Shown: positions 26,330-40,531, numbered from the whole stretch's first letter. The stretch: 63,999 nucleotides of DNA, filler included, from Sphacelaria rigidula (GCA_964200075.2; 5 parts of 5 records of this genome joined end to end with filler, not necessarily neighbours in it), one strand, 5' to 3'. Program-made: numbers and translations. The notes: generated from the letters alone by a model not told the origin.

Positions 26330-28330
26330 TGAAAAAAGCTGTTCTTAACCCCAAACGTGGCGCAATTTATCTGAGTCCATCTGAGGAGAGTCGTCAGTCT
26401 AGGGACTAACCCGGGTGAGAAAAAAAGATGGCTTGCCACGATCCGGCTGACAGTTTTGGGCATGACCCTGGTCTAATTCGAAGTGAAAATCATGACGATC
26501 AAGAAGCGTAAAAACCGTTGTATATGATGTTATTTTTGCTGTATATATATATATATATATATCATTTCCTTTTGCCTTATTTTGGGTAGTTACTTGGTTT
26601 ATGACTACGGAAGGCGTCCGCATCAGATAGATGCCCGGTACGGAAGTAGAAGTACTGCGCAGATATCGGAATGGTTTTTAATGTGAAGGCAACAACACCA
26701 ACAACAACAACAACAACAACAACAAATGATGATACCAATTCAAATTTGGAAATGCTGGGAAAACTGTTGCATTCAGCCACCCCTCATGACCAAAAATAAC
26801 GCTGGAGAAGCAGAACAGAGTCAGTAGGGAAAGAAGAAACATGCGCGCGAGACCAATACACGCTCGTGGTGTAGCGCTCACGCAGAACACGGCGCGGAGA
26901 GCAAAGGTACTCCAAATCCAAGCAGGAACAGGACGCACACATTGGTGTTTCTCGAAGCTCTCTCTGGAGATGTCGAAGTTGTACAGAACGGAGGATCAGA
27001 GACGAGAGCATTTTCACCAGTTCTGAGAGCGGGCCACAAAGTGCCCTTCAACCCGAGTGGGGGGGGGGGGGGGGGGGGGCCTGCTCTTTTTTTTTTTTGC
27101 TTGTTTTTTTTACCCTCTCCCCCGCCCCCCTTCTAGGCCGGGAACANNNNNNNNNNCCCTTTCGGTGGTTCCCTTTGTCGTTTGTCCATTGACCGCGCAG
27201 GCCTTTCGGGGCCCTGCAACCCGAGTGGGGAGGGGGGGAAATGGTACTGCGATGACCCCGGCTGAGTGTTTCAGACATGATGCCCATTCGAATTGTAAGA
27301 ATGAGGCAGAAGCTGAAGGATATGACACGCTGGCCGTTGGTTTTCGAACAGAAACAGGGCAAAAGTGAGAGATATGCTTGCGATATCAAAACATGCTCAA
27401 GGTGTATAACGTCCATGCAGAACACCGCGCCGAAGGCAAGTGAAATTCAAAGTGAAAAATGATGCCAAAGCTGAAGGAGATGACATGCCGACGGCAGGTC
27501 CTCGCCGGAGCTTTTTCCGCATATTTCAGAGCGGTACAGAACAGAAGACCCGAGGTGAAAGTACGCTCACCGGTTTTGAGAGCGAGCCACCAAGTGCCCT
27601 TAGCCACCAAGTGCCCTTCAGCCTGAGTGAGGGGAAAACATGATACTGCGATGATACGGCTGACCGTTTCAGGCATGATCCTCGACCAAATTCAAAGTGA
27701 AAATGATGCCGACGGAAAAGTATAAAAACGACCCGGGTGAAGGTTTCAGGCTTGATGCCGGTTCAAGACCACGATAAAAATGATGCCCATCGAAAAATGA
27801 TGATGGAAGGACGCCGCAGCAGCGGGACAGAAACAGCAGAAAGAACAGAGACTGATCGAAACACGCTCAAGATGTAACGCCCATGCAGAACAAAGCGCGG
27901 GAGAAGAGTGAACTCCGAACACAACAGAAGCAGAACGCACCCTGATGCTCAGGGGAACGCAAGAGAGAAGAGGGTTAGCGGAAAAGATGCGGTCGATAAT
28001 GATGCTAATGATAAGGTGTGAAAACGACGCGACTGGCCGTTTCAGCGTATGACGACTGGCCGTTTCAGGCATGACGGCGATTCAAATTCAAAATGAAAAT
28101 AATGCCGATCAAACAAAGATTACAAGAAACACCTGCAGCAACGGAACAGGGACAGCAAAAAGTGAGAGGCATGCGTGCGCGTTTAAAAAACAAACTCGAG
28201 ATGTAACGCACCTGCAGAACACAGCGCAGAAAGCACGTGTACTCCACTCAACCCCAAACTAAAAAAGAACGCACAGTCATGTCTAGCAAAATACAGGAGA
28301 GAAAAACAGCGAAAAGGATGTACACTCATG
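26330..28330. repeat. Degenerate modular repeat array (~2 kb)
   Basis: Module A (cggctgaccgtttcaggcatga..aaattcaaagtgaaaatgatgcc) at ~26440, 27255, 27650, 27740 and 28050. Module B (aaacacgctcaagatgtaacgcccatgcagaaca) at ~26857, 27388, 27859 and 28191. Module C (aagtgcccttcaacccgagtgggg) at ~27039, 27218 and 27609. Confidence 0.75.
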
Positions 28331-30359
28331 CTGATGAAGAAGTGTAAAACGGCCCGGTAGAGACGTACTCTGAAATCCAGTAAAGGCAAATCGGTGGCTT
28401 CTCAGTTGTCGACAATAAATAATGACACCTGTGTGCGGGAAAGACATTTTACGCAACTGTTGGGAGATTTATTATTGATCGTAGTCTAAAATCAAGTAAA
28501 CGCGAAATGCTGGCCTGTGAAAGCTTGGCAGCGAAATGACATCTGTCTGGGGAAAGGTATATGGCCTGAAACTCGTATAATTGATAGATTGATACATATG
28601 TAGAGAGAGATTGTAACTCATGTCGGTGTGAAGTTGGGGGTCTACGCTCTCTGACGAGACCCAGGTTTCTATCACCGCATGCAGGTGCGGTCAGGGCAAA
28701 TAAATCAAAGAAAGCACTATTTTCGCAGTTTTGGACGATTTAGGGTCCCCTCTTTCATGCTCAGCCGTTACAAGCAGTTTCAAATATACTAGGGCTCCGG
28801 AAGACGGTGAATATATTGGACATTTCAGATTTCTGGATTCAGTAGCCGTTTTCGATGTGTTGACCTTTACAGCGGGAAAGTACGGGATTTGGCCGCAGTA
28901 ATTGCGTGCTGAAATATCAGAGTTTTTGACCAGTCAAGGCAAACTGCTTCTGTTCGAATTGTCGGTTCAGTGATGCGACGTCATTGGCCATGCGCTTCAA
29001 ATGCGCTTTTCCATGTCACAAATATGGAAAACCTCTCGTAGAGACGGCAATGCCCCCCCCATGGAAAGGATGCCGAACGTAGTATTATCTGTTCCGAACG
29101 CGCTTCAAAATCGACGGCAGACGAGTCAAGGGGGTACCGAATAGGTACACTCATCACCAGAATACAGCCTCTTTATCGCAGATATTTACAATCATATTTC
29201 CCCATCGCCACCGTCGACATAGCGCTCTACCCACACGCCGCATTTCATACGGTACGAAAACTAAGGTTCCTCCCAGAGGTTTGTTCTAGGGGTGAGAAAA
29301 TTGACAAATGTTGTCTTCATTCTGCCCTCTAGTATAACAAAATGATAGTCAGCGGTCGTAATCCGTCTCCATGGTGCTGTAGCCCAAACTCCCGACAGAA
29401 GTACTTCTTGTAGTGTAAGTAGCGGCGCCGGTGTGCGGCTGAGCATGCGAGGAACTCGCGATATGCCATTCGAGATTCTCAGATCACTGGGCATGAGCTC
29501 AGAGATTCTTGGGATGTGACCCAATTCTGGTGTTCTGGTAAAGCGAAAAAATGGTTCATTCGGGGGGGGGGCATTGGAAGACATGCAACACCACGGGGAA
29601 ATAAACAAGTGCGAAGAGCTTGCAAGAACAAAACAATAGCTCCAGATCCACTGCGACCTGTTTGCTACGAGCGGCGTTGCTGGAATGGTCTCGCCTCTAA
29701 CTATAGTGCCCACCACGAATGTTGTGCCTCATTCCGGCTATAAAACGAGCTCTTGGCCTATAGCCAAACGATTGATGTTGGGTTACACCTGGGAATTGAC
29801 ACAGGCAGGTGGGCTGTTCGGTCGGGGGGAACGGAGAAATCGGAATAGATTGCATCATACGGCCCGCATGTTGTCCTCGCGAATCATACGAAACCCACAG
29901 CAATCCCCGGCTCCCGTGTAGTAGCTGTAAAGACTCACACTTGCACGGCTGCCAACTCCAGAACTGTTTCCGCAGCGGTCCGTTCAGTATTTCCGGAGCT
30001 GCGACAATTGTTGTGCAGTCTTGTGTGCGGCAGCACAATGGTTGTTACGATACCCCCTGTACAGTGCTGTGGGGCACTTTCTCGGGGTGTCGCATTGATT
30101 GATCGATTGATCGATTGATTGGTTTATGGTCGCACTTTGGCTGATCCCCGAGGGATAGTGTGCCGGCAATCCCGTTAAGAAACATGGAAATAATAATTGT
30201 TATCATTAGGGTAGGTGGTGGGCTTGATATGAGTACCGGGCACGTGTTCAGATTCGTTGTTGCCTGGCTGCAGATGGCTCATACGCCGAGTAACATCCCG
30301 TTCCCACTGAAATTGTTCGGGGAGGGGAAAGGTTGACTTTCACTCCAGAGAGGAGGGGC

Positions 30360-30812
30360 GCAGGGGTTGTGAAGCAGTAAGATGGGGTGAATACGGTCTA
30401 ACGATGTCTCCTGCGTGTTCAGGGGCATCGGGATTCGTATGTAACAGGAATTGGCGGAGCATTATGATTCCTGCGCGTGTTTAGGGAGGGGATGGAACAC
30501 CCTCTTCTCTGGGGTGTCTGCAGCCCCGTCAAGAAAAGTTATATAAATCACTAGTTAGGGTAGATTGTAAGTTTCTTTTGATACCGATACAATGGTCAGA
30601 TTAATTGTTGTCCGGCCACAAATGGATCAAACGTCGAATGACACCCCCTTTGCAATGGCATTACTTAAAGAGGGCATGCCTTGGTTTCGTTCCCGGAAAA
30701 TGGGATGGGAGGAGCAGGGAGTCAAGGGAGTAGTATGTGGTGAATACGTTCTAACGATGCCCCCCGCGTATTCGGAGGTATTGCCATTCTTGTGCAAATG
30801 CTTATGTAACAA
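30360..30812 (+). repeat. Imperfect direct repeat pair (~90 bp)
   Basis: ggtgaatacggtctaacgatgtctcctgcgtgttcagggg (~30385) and ggtgaatacgttctaacgatgcccccgcgtattcggagg (~30739), both followed by tatgtaaca. Confidence 0.6.
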
Positions 30813-32951
30813 AGGAAAACGGTAAATACCACTCGTGTGACAGCGGATTTTCGAGGGTTGATGTGTACATTAAATCTCCAGAGAAGAAAAATATTATACC
30901 CTTTTCATTACTACCAAATTTCAAATATCCCGGAAAAAGTTTTTCAAACACATTGCCATTCGCACGGCATAGGCCGAAATGGCGAATAACTCCCCTAAAC
31001 TCACTGCAGGGATCACCCCCTGCGGATAGTTATTTTCTCATTCCCTGCGCTACCATGCACCCCTCGCCCAAGTCCGACTTCACCAATGTTACTTCTATAC
31101 ACTTATGCGTCATCTGTCAAATTTTGGGCTCTTAATGAGACTCTAATGTAGCGAACTCGGAAATCTCAAAAAGGTAGGCTGGAATAGCGTGGGACTGCCC
31201 GGTGGAAATTGAGAAATACCGCATATTGGTGGGAGTAAACAAATTTCAAGGACGCCAATGTTTACAATTTTCTTGTCAAAGTTTCGTTCCAGTTTTGGCC
31301 TTTCAGATGGGACTGAAGCGACGGTGGGTATGAGCATTTTCGGTGAGTCTCAAGGTAAGTCTGTATGGGACGTGATATGACAGCTTCTACTAAATACACA
31401 CAGTGTTCGCAGCTGGCAATCCGGACAAATGCAGATCAGGCCGTCTAACGCACAAGCGTGACTATCTGCAAACCGAAAGTGTTGATTGGATCAAATGCGG
31501 CAAAATTCAAGAGTCAAGACCGGGGGTTGTGTTGAGGATGGGCACTACTGTAGTATGTCGCTTATACCCATCCACAGGTCGCTCGACTCTGTGCTTGTAC
31601 TCAGTACCCCGGTACTGCGTTGCAGTACAGCACTACAGTGGTGCGATTGTTAGAGTTGCTGCTCATGAAAAAACCAAGTGTAAGCGACATGACCATGTGC
31701 TATTTGAGCTGTACTGCTTTTGTACTGAAATGCACTGCATCTCATGCTGCTCACATCCCGCTGCGACATCAATTCTTCCTGCCACGCACACTGCTGCTCC
31801 TCCACCGGGTACCCTCCGTCTTGTTCCGTTGGCCGATGTCCATCGCCATCATCTGCTATAGTCGACGACATCATGGTCGACGAGGCAACAGGTCCGCCGT
31901 CGAGTATCGATTTGACAGCTCGTTATTTACGGTAGACGCACACAGCACCTATGATGAACAGAATTAACCTGCACTGTACCGTACTGTCGGCTATCAGTCG
32001 TCCTAATGCAACTTTCCGTGTTCTGTGCTGCGCAGGTGTAAGAGCATTAATGTCCCAAGGTTTCTTGAATGTCGCACGACTGCACGACTGGAACAGTCAG
32101 CGCTGAAGATGTGCAGGACAATATGATATCGGTACAAAACTATAGGATATCCAACAATACTACACTCCTATGCCAATGCTATAATACACAGCAGCCCCCC
32201 TCCTGAGCACCTCAGCTACCCTGATGTAAGCAGCAGGTACTCTTGACATGCATTTCAAATAATCTCCCCGCATTTCCTATGTTTTTTCTTAATTATTGCA
32301 CTCGAACTGTCATGCAGACCCGCGGTCGGACGGTGGAGAGTCCTTGGGCAACCACGCTACAGAAGGCACCACCCCTCCTGCTGTGGTGAGGCGTATACGT
32401 CACTGCAGGGGTGAGCTATATATGACATTCTCCCACGCTAACAAAAAATAAAGAACCATAATTCCGAGCAACGGCATGATACCAATATCGACATGATCGC
32501 AAAGTTAAAAACTTTTTAGTTTGGGGTCGAAAAATGCGATAATAAAACAAATAGCAGTAGTAGCATGAAAAGCGCACGTAGTACCGGGTGGCCGGCGGCG
32601 AGCGGGATTTGTCCGTCCGATCTGGTTTTTCACACGTTTCTCCTCATTACTTTGGCCTTCTTCCTACTCCCCGCTGCCGACGGCGCAGAGTGGATCTTGA
32701 ATGCATGTCGTCGCCTCGTCTCTTCTGAAAAGTTATTTTCCGTGCAAAAAATGACCAACTTTCAGACGGGCTGGTCACGTCATCTTCGAAATCTACTTGC
32801 TGAACTGCTGCCGCACAACTGCTGCCTTCTGGTGCTGCTGCGACCTGATCACGGTAGTGTACCTTCCCTCCCTGCCTCTTTCTCTCGCTCGCTCTCCTTA
32901 CTACCGCTTCTACTGCTTCCGGCTTTTCCGCTTCGAATTACTGCCGTAGCC

Positions 32952-33019
32952 ATGCTCACTGCACGATGCTTGGCGGCCGGCCGCAGGAGCACGGCTGCGC
33001 TAGCGGGCGCAGCTGCGAG
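32952..33019 (+). CDS. Probable first coding exon encoding a mitochondrial-type presequence (MLTARCLAAGRRSTAALAGAAAR)
   Basis: gccATG context after a pyrimidine-rich 5'UTR-like stretch, an Arg/Ala-rich peptide with no acidic residues, and a strong donor AG|GTAAGC. Downstream exons were not identified. Confidence 0.55.
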
Positions 33020-36000
33020 GTAAGCGACGGTATGGATATGCACCCTCGCACGGTTTTCGCGTAATTTTGCGCGTCACTTCGTTTCAGTATCTTAGAGTTT
33101 TGCTATATCAGATGCACCAACCTACACAGTCAGTACTTTGCGGGACGCATGAGATATACGGTAGGTAGCAGGCTGCTGGATTGCGATAGTGGTACTACAA
33201 ACGCCTTTCAGAAGATCTGCGGCAGCAGAAGCTAAGCAAGGCGGAGCACGGTTTGTCGTGATTTTGCCTCTTCCTCAGCACTCCGCACATATCCGCACGA
33301 GAGCCTAGCCAGCGGCAGAAGCGCAACTGAAACAGCGTGCTCCTGAAACACAGTTGTTCGACTCTGTTTCCGTTATACTCGCGCGTTTCTACTGACTACT
33401 GCCTGTACTGTCTACAGCTGTTGTGAACTCTGCACCATTTTAGCATGCTCAACGTACAGATCGTATACAATCCCTACATGATAAATGATTTCCTACCGGA
33501 CCGCTTGTGTCCTAGCCGTCTAGCCAGCTAGGACGGCCGTCCTGCCTGTAGAAGCGACTAACGTTGAATAAACGATGACAAGGGGATAGTACAACGGTGC
33601 AGTGCTGTTCGCGCTGTATGGTCTTCTATTATGTACCTGTACTTTCCCGTATCTTCTGCTCCACTGCCCATTACTCACTGTATGGTGTTGTGATTTGGGT
33701 GTCCACTTCGCTATACAACCATCATCACCCTGACCGGCTTGTGCTAAGTAGAGACCATACCCAAGCTATACCTTTCCATGTCAGTATTGAGATTAACATT
33801 TGCGTGTTGCACACCCTCGTCTCACTTATGTGCCACATATGTATGTGTGTTCACGGCGACAATTAAACAATTTGACGCAACAACACGGTCAGCCGGTGAG
33901 CACGACGAAGTGTTGCCTTGCCGCTGTACAACTGACAGTGATCCTGGTCCGTGTATGAGCTGAATGAAAATATGCCGACAAGGAAGCTCGATTTCCGCCG
34001 CTCGAAGAACATATTTGCGCGAAGTGGACATCATACCCTGGTATCAGCGCGGGGTGGTACAACAGAAGTGAAGACCGCGGGCTTCATTAGGCTAGGTGCA
34101 CCGGTGCTGCCCCTCGAGTCCGTACTTAGACTGCTCGGGCGTTGCTCTATTTCCAGACGTCTTTCCGTCATGAAATCTGGACTTTCAAAGTATCCTAATT
34201 GTCCGACATCTGGATACGACTGTATTTTGAATCCAAATGTTTCACGACATCGGCGGGCTAAAAAACCTGAAAACCTCGAAACTGTCCAAACATCGCTTCA
34301 GCCGGGGAGTTCAGACAATACAAAAGATCGCACCGCCCGTGAGCATCAGTCGCGATCATTTGTGGGCTGCGTCGTTACAGGTAAAAATACAGACCATGGT
34401 ATGGTACCTGTACAGTCAGCACGTTACTGTTTTACTGCAATCTCTACTACGGTAGTAAGAGTAAATGGTTCAGTTCCTCCGCTGGCTTTTTGAAGAACAA
34501 ATGCGGGCTGTTTTAGTTGGTGTGTACAGCAGCAGATAATGATCCTATAAAATTTAAATGGACCGCGAGCATGTTCAAGTACGTACAAGTACGTGGCGTG
34601 ACCGGGTCAGCCATCAGCCATTAGCCACCGCACATTTTGTTTTCACGGTAAACATACACGTGTCTACAGCGCATTGCAGCGCGTTAGACAAATCGGGCGC
34701 GACACAACTCCGCGACCGCGCCGAGATTCAAACCACCACTCTTGGCGACGAAGATGATTTTACTCGGACGGCCGGGTACTGAAGATCGCACTGATCGCAC
34801 TGAACTGCACTGTTTATCGTTAGAGGTGTTCCAAACTCGAGTTTCCCGGTATTTTCACCCTTAGACCGCGAGGGTAGTCCATCCGAACCATGCATGTACT
34901 TTTTTCAAGTGGAATTGAGGCCATGTCAACAGATTACCTACTCTCGCCGTCAAATGGTTGAACAGCATTTTACTGTCCAACATACCAGGAACCTCGAGTT
35001 TGAGATACCCTCATTTCTCATCGTCACCTCTGATAAGATCCCACGAGTTATTCGCCATTCGGCTCTAATATGGCACGTGTCTGTTCAAATTTTATCGTGA
35101 GGCCGCGTCTTATGAAGGCACCAGAAGAAAGGGGGCGAAAAAAAAGCGAGCAAGGCAGCTTGCCTGCCCACAATGACCAGTCTGGGGCCACAAGACGATT
35201 CTTTCTCAGAGAGCCATGTTCCTGCTCTGGGCGCAGCCGTAGATGGGTCTGGAATTCTCAACGGGCGTGACTACAAGACGTTACACCTACACAGTCGAGT
35301 CCGAACGAGCACGCATAAACGTCTACAGCGCAAGCGCATCACGCTAAACGCTACAAGTAGCTCTCGCTTGTCTACACACGATGTCACCTTTTCCAAGGTA
35401 ACCCGCTAAAATTCGACTTCACGGTCTACCAGGGGAAAAGAGACCGCTCAACCCCTCTCGCGATCAAAAATATGGCAAGCACCGCACAATGACAGTGATG
35501 TACTGTTATATAAAAAAAGCAAGACGAAGGAGTTTTACGAGTAGTTACTAAAGCTGCTACCCCTCGATGTGGGAGTAGTAGTCTCGGGAGCCAAGGACTT
35601 GGCCGTGGGACGTGCCTAGACAGTTCGGTCTTGTGTGAAGGGAGACTATGGGGTCGAGATGAGATGTGACTCGAGGAGGCACCGGGATGGGTGCCGCCTT
35701 GAGTTGGAGCATGACTACTTCTCCGGGGACGCAATAGACAATGACCCGAGACGACTGACTAATGTTCCAGACGGAACGTTCCCGGAACTATGCCGGAGAT
35801 GTGAGCATTCCTAAAACGCGGCGTAGGGGTTCATACGTTATTCTCGGGAACTATTCCGAGAAATACATGGTCTGGTAGCGGTTGTAGACACGCAGAAGAC
35901 TTGTGGACTACTGTGGTACTCACAATACTTGATAAAAAAAAACTTCAGTGTTGGCCTTCCTCCTGTGTGACCCCCGACTGATCGCCCAGGTACACCGAAA

Positions 36001-37277
36001 GGTGTAGACTGGTGTCCATGATACTGTAGACGGCGGTCTAACTAGTTATTTTGTGGTATTTTGTGTTTTTTTTTCGTAATTGGCGATTTTCTCAGGCTCT
36101 TTTCGCTTGCAACCGCTTATCACATCGGGGATCTGACGATATTTGTATCCGCTCCACGTTTGAGGAAAAAAAACATCTGTACTCAATACTGAGTGACTTA
36201 CGGGCTGACCGGTCATCGGGGCTCCTATCGCGTTTCAGCCCAGATAATTACTCTTTGGTATTATCGGTCGATCGAGCCTATCCCGATCATATTTATGAAG
36301 ACATGTACAGTTTTATTATTTTGAATTTTTACCTACTCGTTGCACTAGAGCCGAAATCCTGTGTTCCACGGTCGATAACACCCTCCTGATAAACGGGGTA
36401 TTTGATCGTATCGCCCGATAACATCAAATAACACTGACTCAGGCACGGTGTTTCGAGGATAATATGTTCACTATACCAAAAGCTATCGACGCTAGCAATT
36501 TCGAGTTATATCGAAGAGTATTACGCGAAGAAAACCCCACAACACCCATGAAAAGTTAGACCGCCCACTACTGTAGATAAAATGACAACAATGACATTCC
36601 GGTTGGTATTGGAAAACGCCCGGTCGTGTTTGTGCCTGACGAAGTTGCTCACGTGTGTTCTGCGGCGCCCGTTTCACAGATTTCATCGCGTCTCATTTTG
36701 AACCGATTTTCCCGGAGTGCGAAAAACGTTGTACGACTACTCGATGCATCAAAAGGTGCGGCTCGAGCTATTCATTATCTATCCTGGGACACTGAGATCA
36801 GCAATCGATGTGTACCTATGCCTCAGGTCGGGGCTGTGTGATAAATGTATCACAGCAAGGCCATCGCGCCGCCGGTTTCTGTTGCCCCCGATGGCGAACA
36901 GTGGTGCAAAACAACTCCTGGCGGATAGGCAAAAAAAATCCGAGATGATTCCTTGAAAAGGCGCCGCCGTCGCCTCGAAACAAATGCGTCGCTGTTTTGT
37001 CGTGGGGGGCAAGATGGGAGAGGACGGGGGAGGTGTCGCTGCGATCAACCAACACGCTTTCTTGTTCGCTTCTTGTGTTGTATCGTTGAAGCCGTGTCTT
37101 GAGACGTGTCTTATAACGTTATTTTTCTATCGAGAATGTGCGGTGGAAACGAAGAACTCCCAATATGATGAATCGTGATTTCAACCACATCCAAAATTAA
37201 CGACGATGAGTGGAAATCACGACCTATCAGATCGGAATTTTTGTTTTCCACCGCACAATTTCTATCGAAAACTAATG

Positions 37278-37760
37278 TGCTGAGACCGACTCAAATTAGA
37301 GTCGTTCAAAATATATGTTCAAATTTGCCTTTTAGGCCCTTCTCCGTCGTTTTCCACCTGAAAAGAGGGCTAGGCGGATGTTCATGCCTTGGAACGAATT
37401 CCTCTGCTCATTGAGGCTGTTCCAGGGTAACTTTGCTTTTCCCGCTGGCCGCACTTTTACTTTTGGCCAAACACGGATTTCCAATGTAAAATGGTCAAGC
37501 GATGGAAAAACAGGGCGGGATTTTGATCACCCGGCCGTTTTTTACTGAAATATCGTGTTTGACCTGATTGGGCCAAAAACAAAAGTGAGGGCAGCGGGAA
37601 ATGCAAAGTTGCCCTAGAACGGTGTCAAAAAGGAAAGCAAGTCATTCCAAGCCGTCAACATCCGCCTAGCCCTTTTTTCGGGTGTAAATCGACGGAGAAG
37701 GGCACAAAAAGCAGTTTTCGACGGGAATTTCGAATGGCTCCCATTGAAGTCGGCCTCGGG
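37278..37760. repeat. Foldback: long imperfect inverted repeat (arms ~37278-37470 and ~37570-37760)
   Basis: gcccttctccgtcg..gggctaggcggatgtt..gggtaactttgcttttcccgctg pairs with cagcgggaaatgcaaagttgccc..aacatccgcctagccc..cgacggagaagggc. It is followed by two ~90-bp direct repeats (37776-37863, 37885-37970). Confidence 0.8.
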
Positions 37761-38431
37761 GAGTGCCTCAGTAGTTTTTTTTCGATCGAGAAAATGGGAC
37801 GATGGAATCGATTTGAGCGAAATTTTGGCGTTTCGATGCAGTTGAGTCCAGATGGATTTTCAGGGCGTGTCTTCGCTTTTTTTTTTGTCGATCGAAAATA
37901 ATGGGGCGATGCAATCGACTTGAGCGATTTTTTCTCGTTTTGATGCAGTTGGGTCCATATGGATTTTCAAGCTTTCGATCGAAAAAATACAGAGGAATTC
38001 GTGAAACGGTACATACTCACTCGTGTACAGTGTAGACAGTCTGTACTGTCGGCACTGCTTGCGAGCAGGGTATCTTGGGTGCTTGTGTGCGTGTCAGGAG
38101 GATATAAAGGAGAGGAAGGAACCGTGCAGATTAGGGTGGTTGCAATCATGGCCTATCAGGCTAGGATTTTTGTTTTCCACCGCACTTTTTCGATCGAAAA
38201 CTGATGAGAAAACACGGCCTTAAGCCGGATGTTATAGCAAACAGATTTTTGGCCCACGGATTGTTCACTTTTATGGCGTTTGACCCTCCTTTTGACCCCC
38301 AAGCCGTCTCGGACACTTTGCATCACCCCACAGAGAGGAGCCGAGTCTGCTTTTCAGATTCGCTTGGCTCCGAGGTTCGAAATTGGCCGATGAACAAAAT
38401 TTAGCAAAAAAAAATCGGTGCCTGCCGACCC

Positions 38432-38531
38432 NNNNNNNNNNNNNNNNNNNNNNNNNNNNNNNNNNNNNNNNNNNNTTAATTAATTAANNNNNNNNNNNNN
38501 NNNNNNNNNNNNNNNNNNNNNNNNNNNNNNN
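38432..38531. other. Artificial contig spacer
   Basis: N44-TTAATTAATTAA-N44. Confidence 0.97.
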
Positions 38532-38607
38532 CCGTCTCGAAAGGGATGCGTGGTCAATGATCAAACGACTAAGGCAAGCAACAAATGAGTACGCCCCCCC
38601 CCCTCCC
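38532..38607 (+). mobile_element. LINE 3'-end fragment (family 1) with C-tract
   Basis: ccgtctcgaaagggatgcgtggtcaatg...caaatgagtacgcccccccccctccc. Confidence 0.85.
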
Positions 38608-40397
38608 GGTTCACCTGACTGCTGTGCAAGGCGCCTCACAGCTCTTGAGTAGACACCAGTAGGCGGCACAAGGATTTCGGGTTGAGGGCAAGAGCAAGGA
38701 GCAGGTGCTCTGATGCTTCGAGGGGTGTCGCAGTCGCAGTCTACCCGATACATCTATGCTCGACTAAACCACACGTAAACGGGAGGTCAAGAAGGGGGCA
38801 ACTACACCCACGTCTGGGTTTCGTAGCTGATCGTACCTGCATCCGCGTAAAAAAAGGGATGAGGATACCTTTGGGTTACATCAGTCACAGCACCATGTTA
38901 TTTCTGGTCTGAAATTCATCAGCTGGCGGAAAGCTTCTGGGCATACGACGTATAAAGTAGGGTTATGAATCGAGTGTATTGTACTATAGTATACCGTTAC
39001 CGAAAATAATCCCGCCTTGGCAAAAATTAGTTAGGCATGGTCGCAAACTCCATCTTTGACATGCCCTCGGCGCTCAAGGCAGCAACGTTGCCCACAACTC
39101 GACTCCAAACAAGCGTTCGGGGCTGCAGGTGACTGAGGGATGCTAGGGCCAGGACGCACCGGAGATTTACAACTCGGGTGTCAGCCTCGGTAAATGCACT
39201 CTAATTTGTGATGGATGGGTGAGCGGACGGAATAATCCATTCGTTTTCATACATTACTTCAGCCCCCAGGGACCCAGCCATGACGACAAAATCGACGTGC
39301 TCAAGGTAAACGAGATGGAAGCACCCGGTGAACGATACTCGGGGAAGGGGCAGAACACCTGAAGATGGAGAAGATGGAGAAACTGAACAAGATTACAGAG
39401 ACAATGTAACAGAGGGGAAAAAAGAGAGAAAAGGAAGAAGATGATAGGAAAGAGAAGAACGAGAGAAAAAAAAAAAGAACGACCCAAGCACCAGGAGAAG
39501 GAGAAAAAGGAGAGAACCAGAACAAAATTACAGAGACAATGCAAAAGAGTAAAACAGAAAAAGGAGAGGAAAGGGAAGGTGAAGAACAAGAGACAAAGAA
39601 AAGAATGACCGGTCCCGATGGACACAATCCTCGGAATATTAATACAAAAAAGATGGCCGGCCTCTGCAGCATGGCTTCAGGTGAAGTAGCCGCGCGGAAG
39701 GAGGGAGGGATGAGTAAGAAAAGGGAACCTATATGAAGAAACGCCGCGCCCATAATCAGCAATCAAGACAAAGATAGAAGGCCGCGGGGGCGGGTTGCTG
39801 TTTATCTATTTATCTACCACACTAGTTGATCATGAACCTTGACCCACGAGCCTTCACAGGAGCGCAGCACAGACACCGCTACTCTCTGATGGTTTGAAAG
39901 AAAATGCGGACACACGAACCCAACACGCTCCCGTTCGCGGAGTCGATGAAACATTTGTTGCCAAGCTATTGAATCTATTTCTCGCCGGAGCAGTTGCCCT
40001 CAAAACGAAACCGTTGTCCACACAGCCGTTCTCGAGCGAACAATACGTTACTGAAGGGTGCCGGGCGCCGGGACCTGCAAGTACTTTCAAAGCGCAAGCG
40101 GCGGCCTTCGAAAAAAGAGCACGTGGGCGCAGTTTATTTTCTTGAAGAAACTGCTGACCAGAAAAAATAACACACCATGTCAGTCTGCTCGAAAACATTT
40201 CACCAACATAATATCCATTTTGCGAACAAATTGTTAATGGACGTTCTTATATTGCATGGCGCTGTGGTATATGCTCTGTCACTTCGTCTCAGTGCGACTG
40301 TTGTTTCGTGCAGCAAGCTTTTTGTATTTGACCAGCAAAGTCAATACATCACCGGTGCCTACCGGTGCCCACAAATCCATTTCACATGAGCACTCTT

Positions 40398-40531
40398 GGA
40401 TATGGGTGCCCGGGGCCGAGACGTGCTGGTGGTTTTACAGATCAAAGCGAAAGCCTTCATAGCAGGATATGGGTGCCCGGGGCCGAGACGTGCTGGTGGT
40501 TCTTCACATCAAAGCGAAAGCCTTCATAGCA
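40398..40531 (+). repeat. Tandem duplication, 2 x ~67 bp
   Basis: ggatatgggtgcccggggccgagacgtgctggtggtt..atcaaagcgaaagccttcatagca occurs twice, nearly identical. Confidence 0.9.

Noticed and set aside
26330-28330. CRISPR-like repeat-spacer array
   Set aside because: Modules are long, degenerate and irregularly spaced; the context is eukaryotic and there are no cas genes.
29261-30102. Protein-like short ORFs on both strands
   Set aside because: No recognisable motifs or consistent splice sites; at most an unassignable decayed element.
39254-39762. Hydrophobic 'membrane protein' ORFs (also 25637-26008)
   Set aside because: Artefacts of translating purine- or A-rich low-complexity sequence.
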